A stretch of 64,000 nt of DNA from Desulfurococcaceae archaeon (GCA_038824035.1 JAWBBW010000006.1:1-64000), one strand, 5' to 3'; shown: positions 9,149 through 19,605, counted from the stretch's first letter. The notes: a model not told the origin generated them from the sequence alone. A program made the numbers and translations.

Positions 9149-11053
9149 TTAAAGACGGTAATGATGGCGTTTCCAGAACTCCTTTTTCCTTTGTGGGTTC
9201 CAGTTCCTCAGTGGACGATAATAACCTATTATCCTACTCCATATATCCACGTTATTGCTTCCACATGATGGACAGCTCATATATAGGCCAGTAAAGGTTT
9301 TACTACATGTGTTGCAGAAAGTTATCGCAGGCGTATAGCTCCAGTATACTAAGTCTGTTTGCATTAATTTCTTAGTGAGACTGACAAGTGATTCTTCATC
9401 TGGTTCTTCACCAAGGAATATGTGCATCATGACGCCGCCTGTGAAGTACTTTTGCACTCTCTGCTCTATCTCGATTCTATCGGGTAGCTCTATTTCTGCA
9501 TAATACGGGGCTATTGACGTTGAATACACTGGGTTCTCTGGATCAGGTAGATATTCACCGAGCTCTGGGTATAGTTTTAAATCCATCATGGCCAATTTAG
9601 GTGATGCCGATTCTCCTGGCACTTCTTCAACATTCCATGGAACGCCAGTCTCCATCATCCATTTTCTCGCCGTATTAGTAGAGTACTCCACAATCTTCCT
9701 CATTAACTCGGCCGCTCTAAGCCAGTCCTTTCTAGAGCCATTGAGCCATAGTTTTGGTTCACCCATGAGTATTGCCGATGCCTCCGGCAAACCAATCAAG
9801 CCTATCGTGTTGAAGTGGAATGCCGGGAACTCCGGCATGTACTCGAGTATCATTGCATAGAAATTCGGGTAGTTCTTCATTATGCTAATATACCGGTTTC
9901 TGAACCACTCCACTGATTCCCTCACTAATTTGAGCACATCGTCGTATAGCTCCCAGAACCTCGACTCCTCCTTCCTAGCTTCGAGAGCTAGCCTGGGGAG
10001 ATTAACATCCACCACGTTCACGCTACCAGTTATATCGGGCATAGCCCATAATCCACCGAATCTTTGCCTTTCGAGGATTTTCCAGTATTTTTCCCCGAGA
10101 TCGTCTAGATCTCTTTTAGAGGGCCCTAAGCTGTACTTGACCGCGTTCTTGTTAACTACATATTGTAGTTCTTTACGATCAATAGAGATCCTGCAACACA
10201 TGGCAAAAGTCGCATCAGGGTCAACTAGTCTCGTGTTCAACCAGTAGAAGCTACCCCGCTTAGCCGCTGTTTTAAATACTAATTCATATATCTCTGGGTC
10301 TTCCCAAATCCATTTCGAAGTTATCATTAATGTTGGTATTGGAAATGTGAAGGGTTGGCCTACAGCATCTCCTCTCAAATAATTCTCTATCAGTGCCTTT
10401 AAAAAGATCTTCGCTTCCTCTTCATAATTTCCCAGGGGATCTGCCTCCTCGCCAGCATAAATTGCCCTATCGCCTTGTAACATTTTGCCGGGGGCATTCA
10501 TTGTTATGGTGAAATTCGTGAAAGGTGTTTGAAGCCCAATTCTCGTAGGATAGTTCAAGTTAAACAAGAGCCTCTGTACTTGCTGGATTATTGATTTGTA
10601 ATCAGGTTTATCATTTCTAATGAAGGGGCCAGCATACCATTCCACGCTGGAGAGAGCTTGGGCACCTGTGAAATAATGTTGCATGGTTATTAGGAAATTA
10701 GCGATATGATCGACAAACGTATCGAAATGCCGAGCCGGTCTGGACACTATTGTTATAGTGCGTAAACCCTTTCTTAGCAACCTAGCTATGCTATGTCCCG
10801 TACAATATGGGATATACACAGAGTATGGAAGTTTATGTATATATATGATACCTTCTTTATGGGCTTTCAATATATGTGATGGTATTAATTTCAATGCATC
10901 CATTTCCATGTACTTGTCTAAAAGATAGCTGAAAAACCCTGTAGGACCTATATACCTGTTTGCATTTTCATTTACATCTAAACTATTCCAACTAGCGTAA
11001 TCAACCAACGGATCTCTAAAACCATGTGCTGCATCGAGAACATTAACCATCAC
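9149..11053 (-). CDS. nrdD: Class III (anaerobic) ribonucleoside-triphosphate reductase
   Basis: MCCR, FTFPIPT, NLPRLA, CxxC...CxxC Zn site, glycyl-radical motif RIIGY. Confidence 0.93.
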   Translation of the reverse strand: MMVNVLDAAHGFRDPLVDYASWNSLDVNENANRYIGPTGFFSYLLDKYMEMDALKLIPSHILKAHKEGIIYIHKLPYSVYIPYCTGHSIARLLRKGLRTITIVSRPARHFDTFVDHIANFLITMQHYFTGAQALSSVEWYAGPFIRNDKPDYKSIIQQVQRLLFNLNYPTRIGLQTPFTNFTITMNAPGKMLQGDRAIYAGEEADPLGNYEEEAKIFLKALIENYLRGDAVGQPFTFPIPTLMITSKWIWEDPEIYELVFKTAAKRGSFYWLNTRLVDPDATFAMCCRISIDRKELQYVVNKNAVKYSLGPSKRDLDDLGEKYWKILERQRFGGLWAMPDITGSVNVVDVNLPRLALEARKEESRFWELYDDVLKLVRESVEWFRNRYISIMKNYPNFYAMILEYMPEFPAFHFNTIGLIGLPEASAILMGEPKLWLNGSRKDWLRAAELMRKIVEYSTNTARKWMMETGVPWNVEEVPGESASPKLAMMDLKLYPELGEYLPDPENPVYSTSIAPYYAEIELPDRIEIEQRVQKYFTGGVMMHIFLGEEPDEESLVSLTKKLMQTDLVYWSYTPAITFCNTCSKTFTGLYMSCPSCGSNNVDIWSRIIGYYRPLRNWNPQRKKEFWKRHHYRL

Positions 11054-11128
11054 ATCACCTATGTCCCCTATCTTATACCTAAAAGGTCGTTTTTAAAGCG
11101 TTTTGAACCATTGAAATCTGCCACTTGA

Positions 11129-11848
11129 TCAAATGAGTATACCTAAAACCTCCTCTGCTCTCGCTATGATCCTGGACACGACTATTAATGTGGACAACGG
11201 CTCATCGTATATGGAGTAACAATATAAAGATTTCTCCATTATCTCTTCGCTGAAATCCCCATGAGGAAATCCCCCAATCCCTATTGGTAATTTTTCTTCG
11301 ATAGCCTGTTTAACTATATCTCCAATGCTTTTTCTCGCACACATTTCACGCAATAAGATAAACCCTGGGGTATCAAGTTCTTTTAACAATTTATCAATGG
11401 TCATAGTTCTAACATATAGTAACGGTTTCTCGGAATCTGGTGGTACTTTGCCCTTATTCAATAGTTGTTCCATTAATCCGACAAATCTATTATAATTCCG
11501 TGGAATGCGTGTAGTGGGGTCTATGAATATAACATTATTATCAATTGTGTGTATAAACACGTTTAAATACCCTTTTTTGTTAAGAGGGCTTTCTAGCGCC
11601 TCCAGCAAACTTGCATGCACTATATCTGGACGTCCTCGTTTATGCTTGTTTTCAAGGTTCTTCATCGCGTGGTAATGTATGCTCACATCAAGGAGGATCT
11701 CCGTTGGTTTTTTACGCCTTTTCCTCGCACTCTTCAAAACAGCCGGGTGATTGGAAATAGATTGAGGGACTAGTTCTAGTGCTGATTCAAGCAATATTAT
11801 CGATAATTTACTAATAATTCTTTTCTTATGGTGATTCATAGTTATCAC
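11129..11848 (-). CDS. nep1: 16S rRNA pseudouridine methyltransferase Nep1/Emg1
   Basis: RGRPDIVH, RIPRNYNRFVGLMEQL, IGGFPHG. Confidence 0.95.
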   Translation of the reverse strand: MITMNHHKKRIISKLSIILLESALELVPQSISNHPAVLKSARKRRKKPTEILLDVSIHYHAMKNLENKHKRGRPDIVHASLLEALESPLNKKGYLNVFIHTIDNNVIFIDPTTRIPRNYNRFVGLMEQLLNKGKVPPDSEKPLLYVRTMTIDKLLKELDTPGFILLREMCARKSIGDIVKQAIEEKLPIGIGGFPHGDFSEEIMEKSLYCYSIYDEPLSTLIVVSRIIARAEEVLGILI

Positions 11849-11940
11849 GTAATTTAAGTAATTAAAGCAGTAACAATATATGAAAAACGACTATAATGTA
11901 ATTAATTTCAGCTAATTTTATCACGACACGGGGTTATACC

Positions 11941-12297
11941 GTGAACAAGAGATCTGGGGATATGATCAGCGAGATAGCCAAAGAGAGGATTTTAATACTC
12001 TATAAAATGTCTATTGATCGTGTAAAGAAGGGTGAAAAGGACCTAGCTAGAAGATATATCAAAATACTTTTAAAAATAGCCGGTAAGGCACATATAAGGC
12101 CTCCCAAATACATAAGGAGGGGTTATTGTAGGAAATGTTTAATACCCCTAATACCAGGATTAACAGCCAGTGTTAGGATCAAGAGCGAGGGCAAAGGTTC
12201 CAGGGTCATTTATAGGTGCCTAGAATGTGGGTGGATAAGAAGATATATGATAAAGACATCAAAGACAAGGTCATTAAGAGAATTGCGGGAAAAGTAG
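11941..12297 (+). CDS. rnp4: RNase P protein component 4 (Rpp21)
   Basis: IAKERI, ARRY, CRKC...CLECG. Confidence 0.92.
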   Translation: MNKRSGDMISEIAKERILILYKMSIDRVKKGEKDLARRYIKILLKIAGKAHIRPPKYIRRGYCRKCLIPLIPGLTASVRIKSEGKGSRVIYRCLECGWIRRYMIKTSKTRSLRELREK

Positions 12298-12542
12298 ACG
12301 TGCAACTAGGTAAAAGAGGTATTACCGAGGGTTTTATAAACGAACTTAAAACAAGGCTTAAGAAAGAAAAAGTTGTAAAAATACGTGTATTAAGATCTTT
12401 CAGAAAGACTAGCCAAATCGATATATTAGACATAGCTAAAATTTTGGCAAGAAAGACTGGAAGCAGGATCTACGAGATAAGGGGCTTCACAATTATACTT
12501 ATAAGAGACACAAAAGGTAATAGTGTTAGACACGAGAGCTGA
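12216..12542 (+). CDS. YhbY/CRM-domain RNA-binding protein
   Basis: VQLGKRGIT, VVKIRVL, IRGFTIIL; conserved position before S19e. Confidence 0.85.
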   Translation: MPRMWVDKKIYDKDIKDKVIKRIAGKVDVQLGKRGITEGFINELKTRLKKEKVVKIRVLRSFRKTSQIDILDIAKILARKTGSRIYEIRGFTIILIRDTKGNSVRHES

Positions 12543-12558
12543 TTTTAAGGCGATATCT

Positions 12559-13065
12559 ATGGTTACAGCCCTAGAAGTCCCAGCAGATAAGTTAATAGAG
12601 AAATTAGTTATGTATTTAAAAAACAATGTACCAGAGGTCAAGCCACTAACATGGGCGATGTTTGTTAAGACTGGTTGTTTCAAGGAAAGGCCACCTCAAG
12701 ATCCAGACTGGTGGTATTACAGAGCTGCAAGCATACTTAGGAAATTATATAAAGCCGGCAAACCTCTCGGCCTCTCTGATCTGAGGAGAGAATACGGAGG
12801 CAGAAAAAACCGCGGAGTAGCCCCCGAGAGAACATATAGAGCGCCTGGTAATGCCATAAGGAAAATACTTCAGCAATTAGAACAAGCACAGCTTGTCAGA
12901 AAAACCAACAAGGGGCGTGTACTTTCATCGCAAGGAAGAGCACTATTAGACCGGCTAGCAACAGAGATCATGATTGAATTGGCAAGGACGAATAAGGAAC
13001 TAGCCAAATACCTGCCACAATCCATGAAGACAATAGTTACACAAGGTGTAAGTCATGAGCGATGA
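12559..13065 (+). CDS. rps19e: 30S ribosomal protein S19e
   Basis: [26 protein letters not shown]; ATG 12559 preferred over GTG 12523. Confidence 0.95.
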   Translation: MVTALEVPADKLIEKLVMYLKNNVPEVKPLTWAMFVKTGCFKERPPQDPDWWYYRAASILRKLYKAGKPLGLSDLRREYGGRKNRGVAPERTYRAPGNAIRKILQQLEQAQLVRKTNKGRVLSSQGRALLDRLATEIMIELARTNKELAKYLPQSMKTIVTQGVSHER

Positions 13066-13381
13066 ATATGATGAAGAATTAGAGGCATTGAGAAGGAAAA
13101 AACTCGCAGAACTACAGAAAAGAGTTGAAGAAGAAAAAGCCCGTAGACAACAAATAGAAGCCATTCTAAGGCGAATCTTAACACCTGAGGCTCGGGAAAG
13201 GCTTAATAATATAAGACTCGTTAAGCCCGAACTCGCCGATCTACTGGAGGAACAGCTGATCGTTCTAGCTCAAAATAGGCGTATTCCTATACCAGTTACA
13301 GATGAATTTTTAAAACAACTTTTGTCAGAATTATATGAGCAAACGTATAGAGAGCCAAAGATAAAATTCAAGAGAAAGTGA
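13055..13381 (+). CDS. PDCD5-family DNA-binding protein
   Basis: [19 protein letters not shown]. Confidence 0.92.
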   Translation: MSDEYDEELEALRRKKLAELQKRVEEEKARRQQIEAILRRILTPEARERLNNIRLVKPELADLLEEQLIVLAQNRRIPIPVTDEFLKQLLSELYEQTYREPKIKFKRK

Positions 13382-13400
13382 TAATGAAACGGTGACGATT

Positions 13401-13559
13401 ATGGCTAGGTTCAAGCATGTCGCGAGAAAACTTAGATTGGCATCAGCTTTCAATAGCAATAGACCTATACCAATATGGGTCACCATGAAAACTAGATTAA
13501 AGGTTCGAAGAGGGTTCAGGTTAAGAAATTGGAGGAGAGTGAAAATAAAGAACGTATAG
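13401..13559 (+). CDS. rpl39e: 50S ribosomal protein L39e (not in the ORF track)
   Basis: MARFKHVARKLRLASAFNSNRPIPIWVTMKT...RNWRR; GGTGA SD upstream. Confidence 0.95.
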   Translation: MARFKHVARKLRLASAFNSNRPIPIWVTMKTRLKVRRGFRLRNWRRVKIKNV

Positions 13560-13574
13560 TGATAGGTGATCTAA

Positions 13575-13877
13575 ATGAGTGGCCCATCTCAAATAGAAAA
13601 ATCGATCCATATCATACCACTAAGGAGAGTGTATTTCGGTAGAAGAAGGAATAGAGCGGATAGAGCCTTAAGACTGTTGAAAAGGTATATACAACGACAT
13701 TTCAAAGGCGTGGAAAAAATAAGAATAGACCCGATGCTAAACACCTATATTTGGTCGAGAGGTAGAGAGAAGCCCCCTAGAAAGGTAGTAGTTGAAATAA
13801 GGTTTAACAAGGAATCCAAAGAAGCCCGTGTTTTCTTTATTAGGCCGAACAAAGCTGCAATAAGTGGTAAACAATAA
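13575..13877 (+). CDS. rpl31e: 50S ribosomal protein L31e
   Basis: IPLRRV..RADRA, IDPMLNTYIWSRGREKPP. Confidence 0.95.
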   Translation: MSGPSQIEKSIHIIPLRRVYFGRRRNRADRALRLLKRYIQRHFKGVEKIRIDPMLNTYIWSRGREKPPRKVVVEIRFNKESKEARVFFIRPNKAAISGKQ

Positions 13878-13895
13878 TATCGTTAACGATATCAG

Positions 13896-14597
13896 GTGAT
13901 CTCGTTGGAGATCATTAGAATGAGTTTTTTCGGGAACCCTAATATAGGTATCTATAGCTTTGCCAATGATCACTTACTTCTCATACCCCCTGGACTAGGT
14001 AGTGATGACATAGAGGAAATGATATCTGTGCTTAAAACAGAATTTGTTGAAACAAGAATCGCTGGCACCATTTTGAATGGAGTATTTATAACAGGTAATA
14101 ACAGGGCTATTATATTGCCCCGCATAGCTTTGGAAAATGAAATAGAAGTTCTAAGGAACAGAATTAACCAATTAAAACTGGACATATTTGTTTATGTATC
14201 CAATAGTAAATATACTGCATTGGGAAATCTACTTTTATGTAATAATAAGGGATGCTTGGCTAGCTTACTATTGGAGGACTCCGAGATACGGAACCTAGCA
14301 GATGTTTTAGGAGTCGAAGTAATTAAACACAGGCTGGTTAATATCGATGTACCAGGTAGTGTTGCCGTGGTTAATGATTATGGCGGGGTCATTCATCCAG
14401 GAGCAAGCGAGCACGATATAAAGATCGTGAAAGAGATCTTAAAGGTCTCAGTTGAAAGAGCTACTATAAATGCTGGAATATCATTTGTTAAAAGTGGATT
14501 AGTAGTTAATAATAAAGGGATATTAGTTGGCGGTAATACCACAGGCCCTGAAACACTTAGGATTAAAAGAGGGTTTGAAGGTGATGTTCATGGGTGA
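13896..14597 (+). CDS. eif6: Translation initiation factor 6 (aIF6)
   Basis: GNPNIG, ALGNLLLCN, TINAG..FVKSG, TTGPE. Confidence 0.93.
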   Translation: MISLEIIRMSFFGNPNIGIYSFANDHLLLIPPGLGSDDIEEMISVLKTEFVETRIAGTILNGVFITGNNRAIILPRIALENEIEVLRNRINQLKLDIFVYVSNSKYTALGNLLLCNNKGCLASLLLEDSEIRNLADVLGVEVIKHRLVNIDVPGSVAVVNDYGGVIHPGASEHDIKIVKEILKVSVERATINAGISFVKSGLVVNNKGILVGGNTTGPETLRIKRGFEGDVHG

Positions 14598-14853
14598 GAT
14601 CAAGATATATAGGATATCTGGATACATGTTAATAAGTCATGATCGATTACCTAGGTGGCAGAAATTCGTAAAAGAAATACGAGCATTAAACGAGAAACAT
14701 GCCATTGAAAAACTTTATTCTATATTGGGTAGTTTACACAAATTGAAGAGATATCATATAAAAATAGTGGAAATTCGTGAAATATCGACAGAAGAGGTAA
14801 CAGATCCTAATGTACTAGAGATCATGAAAATTAACTGGGTAGTTAAGAGATGA
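14590..14853 (+). CDS. rplX: 50S ribosomal protein L18a (LX)
   Basis: KEIRALNEKHAIEKLYSILGSLHKLKR; ATG 14590 follows GGTGA. Confidence 0.92.
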   Translation: MGEIKIYRISGYMLISHDRLPRWQKFVKEIRALNEKHAIEKLYSILGSLHKLKRYHIKIVEIREISTEEVTDPNVLEIMKINWVVKR

Positions 14854-15311
14854 ATGAGGAAAACAGTGATCATAAAACCAAAACTAAGATAAATATAGAA
14901 GATTTAATAATAAGAGCGAACGAGCTTAAAAGTCACATAGATATATTGAGCAATGTCTTAAATACTTATATCAATAGGTACCGGGAATTTCAATTAACAA
15001 TGGAAACTCTCAGAAACTTGCCCGAAGACGGGGGTAGGGGATACGTTGTATTAGATAGGTTATCCACAGCCCTTATACCAGCCATGGTAGATAAGGAATG
15101 GACAAGTAATATATTGGTAAATCTAGGACTAAACTATTACTTAAAGACTAGTAGGGATAAAGCCATCGAGCTCATAGGTAAAAAGATCAGCGAGACTGAG
15201 AAAATAATGAACGATATACAAACAAAGTACAAGGCATTGCTCGAAGAATACACCAACATACAGAGAACTCTGTCAAAAATATATGAAACATTAAAACAGG
15301 AGAAACAATAG
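14850..15311 (+). CDS. pfdA: Prefoldin alpha subunit
   Basis: Coiled coil-beta hairpin-coiled coil, ILVNLGLNYY; conserved LX-pfdA-ftsY order. Confidence 0.8.
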   Translation: MNEENSDHKTKTKINIEDLIIRANELKSHIDILSNVLNTYINRYREFQLTMETLRNLPEDGGRGYVVLDRLSTALIPAMVDKEWTSNILVNLGLNYYLKTSRDKAIELIGKKISETEKIMNDIQTKYKALLEEYTNIQRTLSKIYETLKQEKQ

Positions 15312-15357
15312 GGAGATATGAGCGCAGGGCTACCGAATTGATACAGCGTGGAGTCTG

Positions 15358-16251
15358 GTGTTCACGAAATTAAAAGAAGTTTTCAAGAAATTCATAGAAA
15401 ACGCCAGTGCACTATTAACCTCTAAGGGCAAATTAGTAGAGCTGGCAGAAGAACTGAAATTAGAGCTCGTATCACATGATTTAGCATATGATGTAGCCGA
15501 GGAAATAATTAGTGAGATCATCCATGAAATAAGAAGTGATAACATTAGGAACAAGGAGCAATTAGTCAAAAAAATGAGAGAAATGATAATCAAATATTTT
15601 AACGAAGCTGGAACGTTAGATTTACTGGATATGGCCAAGTCGAGAAAAATACTTAAAATAGTGTTTTTAGGAGTAAACGGTGTTGGAAAAACAACGACAA
15701 TAGCTAAAGTCGGAGTCTTTCTAAAAGACCACGGTTTGAGGCCATTGATGATAGCGGCTGATACCTTTAGAGCTGGCGCTCAAGAGCAATTGAAAAAACA
15801 CTCTGAAAAATCAGGCATACCAGTATTTCTAGGAAAATATGGCGCTGACCCAGCCTCTGTGGCATATGATGGCATAGCGTATGGGTTAAATAGAGGTTTT
15901 AACGTATTTTTAATAGATACTGCTGGCAGGATGCACACCGATATTGATCTGATCAATGAGCTTAGAAAAATTGTTCGAGTAGTAAAACCTGATCTAAAGG
16001 TATTAATAGTAGATGCCTTGACAGGGAACGATGCCATTGAACAGGCGCGGTTTTTCCACGATGCAGTAGGCGTGGACGCTGTTATTATCACCAAAGTAGA
16101 TGCTTATGAAGAAGGCGGTGTTCCTTTAAGCATCGCATACGTGCTGAGAAAACCCATAATCTTCATCGGTGTGGGTCAAGATTATAAGGATTTAAAGATA
16201 TTTAACCCATTTGAGTACGTTGAAAAGATAATTCCAGGGTTAAAAGAATAA
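15358..16251 (+). CDS. ftsY: SRP receptor FtsY
   Basis: GVNGVGKTT, DTFRAGA, DTAGR, TKVD, GVGQ. Confidence 0.95.
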   Translation: MFTKLKEVFKKFIENASALLTSKGKLVELAEELKLELVSHDLAYDVAEEIISEIIHEIRSDNIRNKEQLVKKMREMIIKYFNEAGTLDLLDMAKSRKILKIVFLGVNGVGKTTTIAKVGVFLKDHGLRPLMIAADTFRAGAQEQLKKHSEKSGIPVFLGKYGADPASVAYDGIAYGLNRGFNVFLIDTAGRMHTDIDLINELRKIVRVVKPDLKVLIVDALTGNDAIEQARFFHDAVGVDAVIITKVDAYEEGGVPLSIAYVLRKPIIFIGVGQDYKDLKIFNPFEYVEKIIPGLKE

Positions 16252-16265
16252 TACTGGGGTTAACC

Positions 16266-16445
16266 TTGAACTTGAGAGAACTAATTGAGATGTGGAGAAA
16301 GATCTTAATGATCGCATCAAAGCCCACCAAAGAAGAGTACTTAGTACTTTTGAGAATCGCATTGCTTGGATTAGCAATTGTTGGAGGCTTGGCATTTATA
16401 ATAAGATTGATATTTTACACACTGATTTTCCCTTACCAGGGGTAA
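16266..16445 (+). CDS. secE: Protein translocase SecE/Sec61-gamma (not in the ORF track)
   Basis: TTG start; ...RKILMIASKPTKEEY followed by one TM helix; lies between ftsY and spt5. Confidence 0.9.
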   Translation: MNLRELIEMWRKILMIASKPTKEEYLVLLRIALLGLAIVGGLAFIIRLIFYTLIFPYQG

Positions 16446-16451
16446 TGTAAA

Positions 16452-16925
16452 ATGAGTCAAAAAGAAACAGATACGTCAATATACGTCGTGAGGACAACTA
16501 CCGGCAGAGAATTAGATGTGGCGTTAATAGTGGAGAGACGTGTTTCTGAAATGAGTGAAAAAGAGAGTACAACAGGGGTTAAAAGTATTTCAGTAATACC
16601 AGGTATTCGTGGATTCGTATTTATAGAGACAAGCAAACCCAGTGAATTATATAAATTGCTTTCAGATATGAAGTACATCAAGGGATCGAAATTCCTAAAG
16701 ATCTCTATTAATGAGTTATTAGGCATGATCAAGCCTAAGTCAACCATAGAAGATCTAAAAGTAGGTGACGAAGTCGAAATCGTTCGGGGACCATTTAAAG
16801 GGATGAGAGCTAGAATTGTAGAAATAAATAAAGATAAAAACATGGTGACTGTGAATATTTTAGAAGCTACGTTTACAATACCAATAACTATCCCGGGTGA
16901 TTATGTTAAAAAGACACAGAGGTGA
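16452..16925 (+). CDS. spt5: Transcription elongation factor Spt5 (NusG)
   Basis: [11 protein letters not shown] domain; KOW motif [13 protein letters not shown]. Confidence 0.95.
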   Translation: MSQKETDTSIYVVRTTTGRELDVALIVERRVSEMSEKESTTGVKSISVIPGIRGFVFIETSKPSELYKLLSDMKYIKGSKFLKISINELLGMIKPKSTIEDLKVGDEVEIVRGPFKGMRARIVEINKDKNMVTVNILEATFTIPITIPGDYVKKTQR

Positions 16926-17437
16926 GAACCATGGTCAAGAAAACTGTTAAATTCATGATAGAGGGAGGCAAGGCTACACCAGGTCCACCCATAGGCCCCA
17001 CATTATCACCATATAAAGTAAATGTACAAGAAGTTGTGAAGGCAATTAACGATGCAACAAAGGATTTTGAAGGACTACCTGTGCCTGTGGAAGTCACGAT
17101 TGATACTGATACAAAGAGGTTTGAAGTTAAGGTAGGCATACCTACTACTACAGCGCTGTTGATGAAGGCTTGTGGAGCTAAACAATTGACTGGTGACCCA
17201 GCACATAATAAAATAGGAAATGTAACATTGGAAGAAGTCGTAAAAATAGCTATTATAAAAAAGGAGCAACTAACCGCTAAAACATTAAAAGCAGCCGTTA
17301 AAACTATTTTAGGAACTGCTCGTTCAATAGGTATTACAGTAGAAGGAAAAGACCCAAAAGAAGTTCAAAAATTAATTGATCAAGGTCATTATGATGAATT
17401 GTTCACTAAATATGAAAAAGAATGGTTAGGTGGTTAA
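16922..17437 (+). CDS. rpl11: 50S ribosomal protein L11
   Basis: [19 protein letters not shown]. Confidence 0.96.
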   Translation: MRTMVKKTVKFMIEGGKATPGPPIGPTLSPYKVNVQEVVKAINDATKDFEGLPVPVEVTIDTDTKRFEVKVGIPTTTALLMKACGAKQLTGDPAHNKIGNVTLEEVVKIAIIKKEQLTAKTLKAAVKTILGTARSIGITVEGKDPKEVQKLIDQGHYDELFTKYEKEWLGG

Positions 17438-18086
17438 AGATATGCCTGAATATACTAAACAAATGCTCGTAGAAGCCATATCGAAAGCTATTCAATTAGG
17501 AGGTAATAAGAGAAATTTCAAGCAAAGCGTTGAAATGATTATCATCTTGCGAGATCTCGATATAAAATCACAGGCAGGTAAAATAAGGGAATCAGTATTA
17601 CTTCCAAAAGGCAGAGGAAAAGATCTTAAAATATGTGTTGTTACCGAAGGTGAAGCTGTCGAAGAGATAAAAGCCGCTGGTGCTTTAATGGTCTTAACCC
17701 CTAATGACTTGCAGAATATGAATAAGAAACAGGCAAAGAAGATCGCCGCGTCGTGTGACTGGTTATTAGTTAAACAATCATTAATGGGCCTCGTAGGACG
17801 AGTATTAGGCCCTGCACTGGGGCCGAGGGGTAAGATTCCGGTGCCATTGCCTCCTTCAGCAAATCTCAAAGCATTAATAAACAGATATAAAAACACGATC
17901 TTGGTTCGTATAAAAGATCAGCCGCAAATATCGGTCTCTATTGGAACAGAGGACATGTCAGCGGAAGATCTTGCAGAGAACGCGCTTGCAGTACTGTCTA
18001 CATTGAGAACGAGACTACCTAGCGGCGAGGCAAACATTAATCACATAGTATTTAAGACCACGATGGGTACTCCAGTAGAGGTTTAA
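17430..18086 (+). CDS. rpl1: 50S ribosomal protein L1
   Basis: [26 protein letters not shown]. Confidence 0.96.
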   Translation: MVKDMPEYTKQMLVEAISKAIQLGGNKRNFKQSVEMIIILRDLDIKSQAGKIRESVLLPKGRGKDLKICVVTEGEAVEEIKAAGALMVLTPNDLQNMNKKQAKKIAASCDWLLVKQSLMGLVGRVLGPALGPRGKIPVPLPPSANLKALINRYKNTILVRIKDQPQISVSIGTEDMSAEDLAENALAVLSTLRTRLPSGEANINHIVFKTTMGTPVEV

Positions 18087-18090
18087 ACTG

Positions 18091-19122
18091 GTGGTCACCA
18101 TGGGTTTGGCTATCAGTAAGAAGGGTGTGCCCCGTTGGAAAGTGGAACTGGTAAACGAATTGGTATTTTTGATTTCAAAATACAAAACCTTTTTAATAGC
18201 AGATTTAACGAATACACCTGCTAAATATGTACAAATATTGAGAAAAAAATTAAATAACATAGCTGAAATACGCGTGGTAAAACCTAAATTAGCCTTAATA
18301 GCACTACGTAAAAGCGGTATCAAGATAGATCAGCTAGAGCAATATTTCACGGGTCAAATAATGATGATATTCACAGATATGAATCCGTTCGAACTAGCTG
18401 ATATGATCAACAAGATCGTTCTTTACGATTATTATAAGCCCGGCGAGATAACTGACAAGGAAATAGTAATACCGGAAGGAAATACCGGTTTGCCCCCAGG
18501 TCCAGTACTGAGTGTGTTTGGTAGATTAAAGATTCCCACAAAGGTGCAGGGAAATGTCATATATGTGGCCAAGGACACTGTTGTAGCTAAACCAGGGGAT
18601 ATTATCTCGAATGACTTATCTAGTTTGCTGCAAAAACTTGGATTAGCCCTCAAGGAGGTTAAGCTCAAGTTAAAATGCGCCTATGATATAGTGGATAAAC
18701 TGGTAATACCCAGTGAGAAGTTGGTATTCAATATCAAGGAATATGAGGAGGAAATATCAAAAGCCTTCATAGATGCAGTAAAAATTGCTGTTGAATTAGC
18801 TATACCTGAACCATATATATTACCACTTGTGATCAAAAGAGCGCATTTACAGGCATTAGCACTCGTTGTTGGAACAGGCTTTATTGCTCCAGATACAATT
18901 GAGCACTTAATTATAACAGCGATTTCAAAGGCACTAGCACTTGCAAGTGCTGTATCCAAACATGCACCAGAATTAGGCCTTGAGATAAAGACGTTACAAC
19001 CCGCTCAACAAGACATTCAACCAGAGAAGGGTGGTGAGAAAAAAGAGGAGAAAAAGGAGGAAGAAAGCAAAGAGCTAAGTGAAGAAACGCTTGCAGAAGG
19101 CTTTGCAGCATTGTTCGGCTAA
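18091..19122 (+). CDS. rpl10: 50S ribosomal protein L10 (P0)
   Basis: GNTGLPPGP; acidic tail ending GFAALFG. Confidence 0.95.
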   Translation: MVTMGLAISKKGVPRWKVELVNELVFLISKYKTFLIADLTNTPAKYVQILRKKLNNIAEIRVVKPKLALIALRKSGIKIDQLEQYFTGQIMMIFTDMNPFELADMINKIVLYDYYKPGEITDKEIVIPEGNTGLPPGPVLSVFGRLKIPTKVQGNVIYVAKDTVVAKPGDIISNDLSSLLQKLGLALKEVKLKLKCAYDIVDKLVIPSEKLVFNIKEYEEEISKAFIDAVKIAVELAIPEPYILPLVIKRAHLQALALVVGTGFIAPDTIEHLIITAISKALALASAVSKHAPELGLEIKTLQPAQQDIQPEKGGEKKEEKKEEESKELSEETLAEGFAALFG

Positions 19123-19521
19123 TGAGATCGAAAATATTTAAAGCCTTTTATTAAATCCTAAACCCTGATTAAACCGCGACATATAGGGTGATGAAACATC
19201 GAGTACATATATGCATCCCTATTGCTCTATAAGGCAGGTAAGGAAATAACAGAGGAGAACTTAAAAAGGGTATTAGAAGCCGCTGGAGTCCAAGTTGATG
19301 ATATAAGAGTGAAATCACTTGTCGCCGCGATAAAGAATATCGATATCGCTAAGGTATTAGAACAAGCCATAGCTACTCCAGTAGCCACCGCACCAGTAGC
19401 AACAGCCCCTGTTGCTCAACCAGAGAAGGGTGGTGAGAAAAAAGAGGAGAAAAAGGAGGAAGAAAGCAAAGAGCTAAGTGAAGAAACGCTTGCAGAAGGC
19501 TTTGCAGCATTGTTCGGCTAA
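19017..19521 (+). repeat. 106-nt exact direct repeat (19017-19122 = 19416-19521) encoding the shared L10/L12 C-terminus
   Basis: Base-by-base identity from TCAACCAGAGAAG to TTCGGCTAA. Confidence 0.95.
19198..19521 (+). CDS. rpl12: 50S ribosomal stalk protein L12 (P1), apparent ATC start
   Basis: ATC-GAG-TAC-ATA-TAT-GCA gives the conserved (M)EYIYASLLL N-terminus; GGTGA 6 nt upstream; in-frame TGA at 19192. Confidence 0.93.
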   Translation: MEYIYASLLLYKAGKEITEENLKRVLEAAGVQVDDIRVKSLVAAIKNIDIAKVLEQAIATPVATAPVATAPVAQPEKGGEKKEEKKEEESKELSEETLAEGFAALFG

Positions 19522-19605
19522 ATGTTTGGCTCAAACATCAATTATCTAAAGCATTTAATTTCATGTTTTTAATAAAAGCAACATTATTTAATTCCACGCA
19601 TATAG

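Noticed and set aside
19191-19232. Programmed +1 frameshift from ATG 19191 into rpl12
   Set aside because: The ATG overlaps the SD, no slippery site is evident, and ATC initiation reproduces the conserved N-terminus exactly
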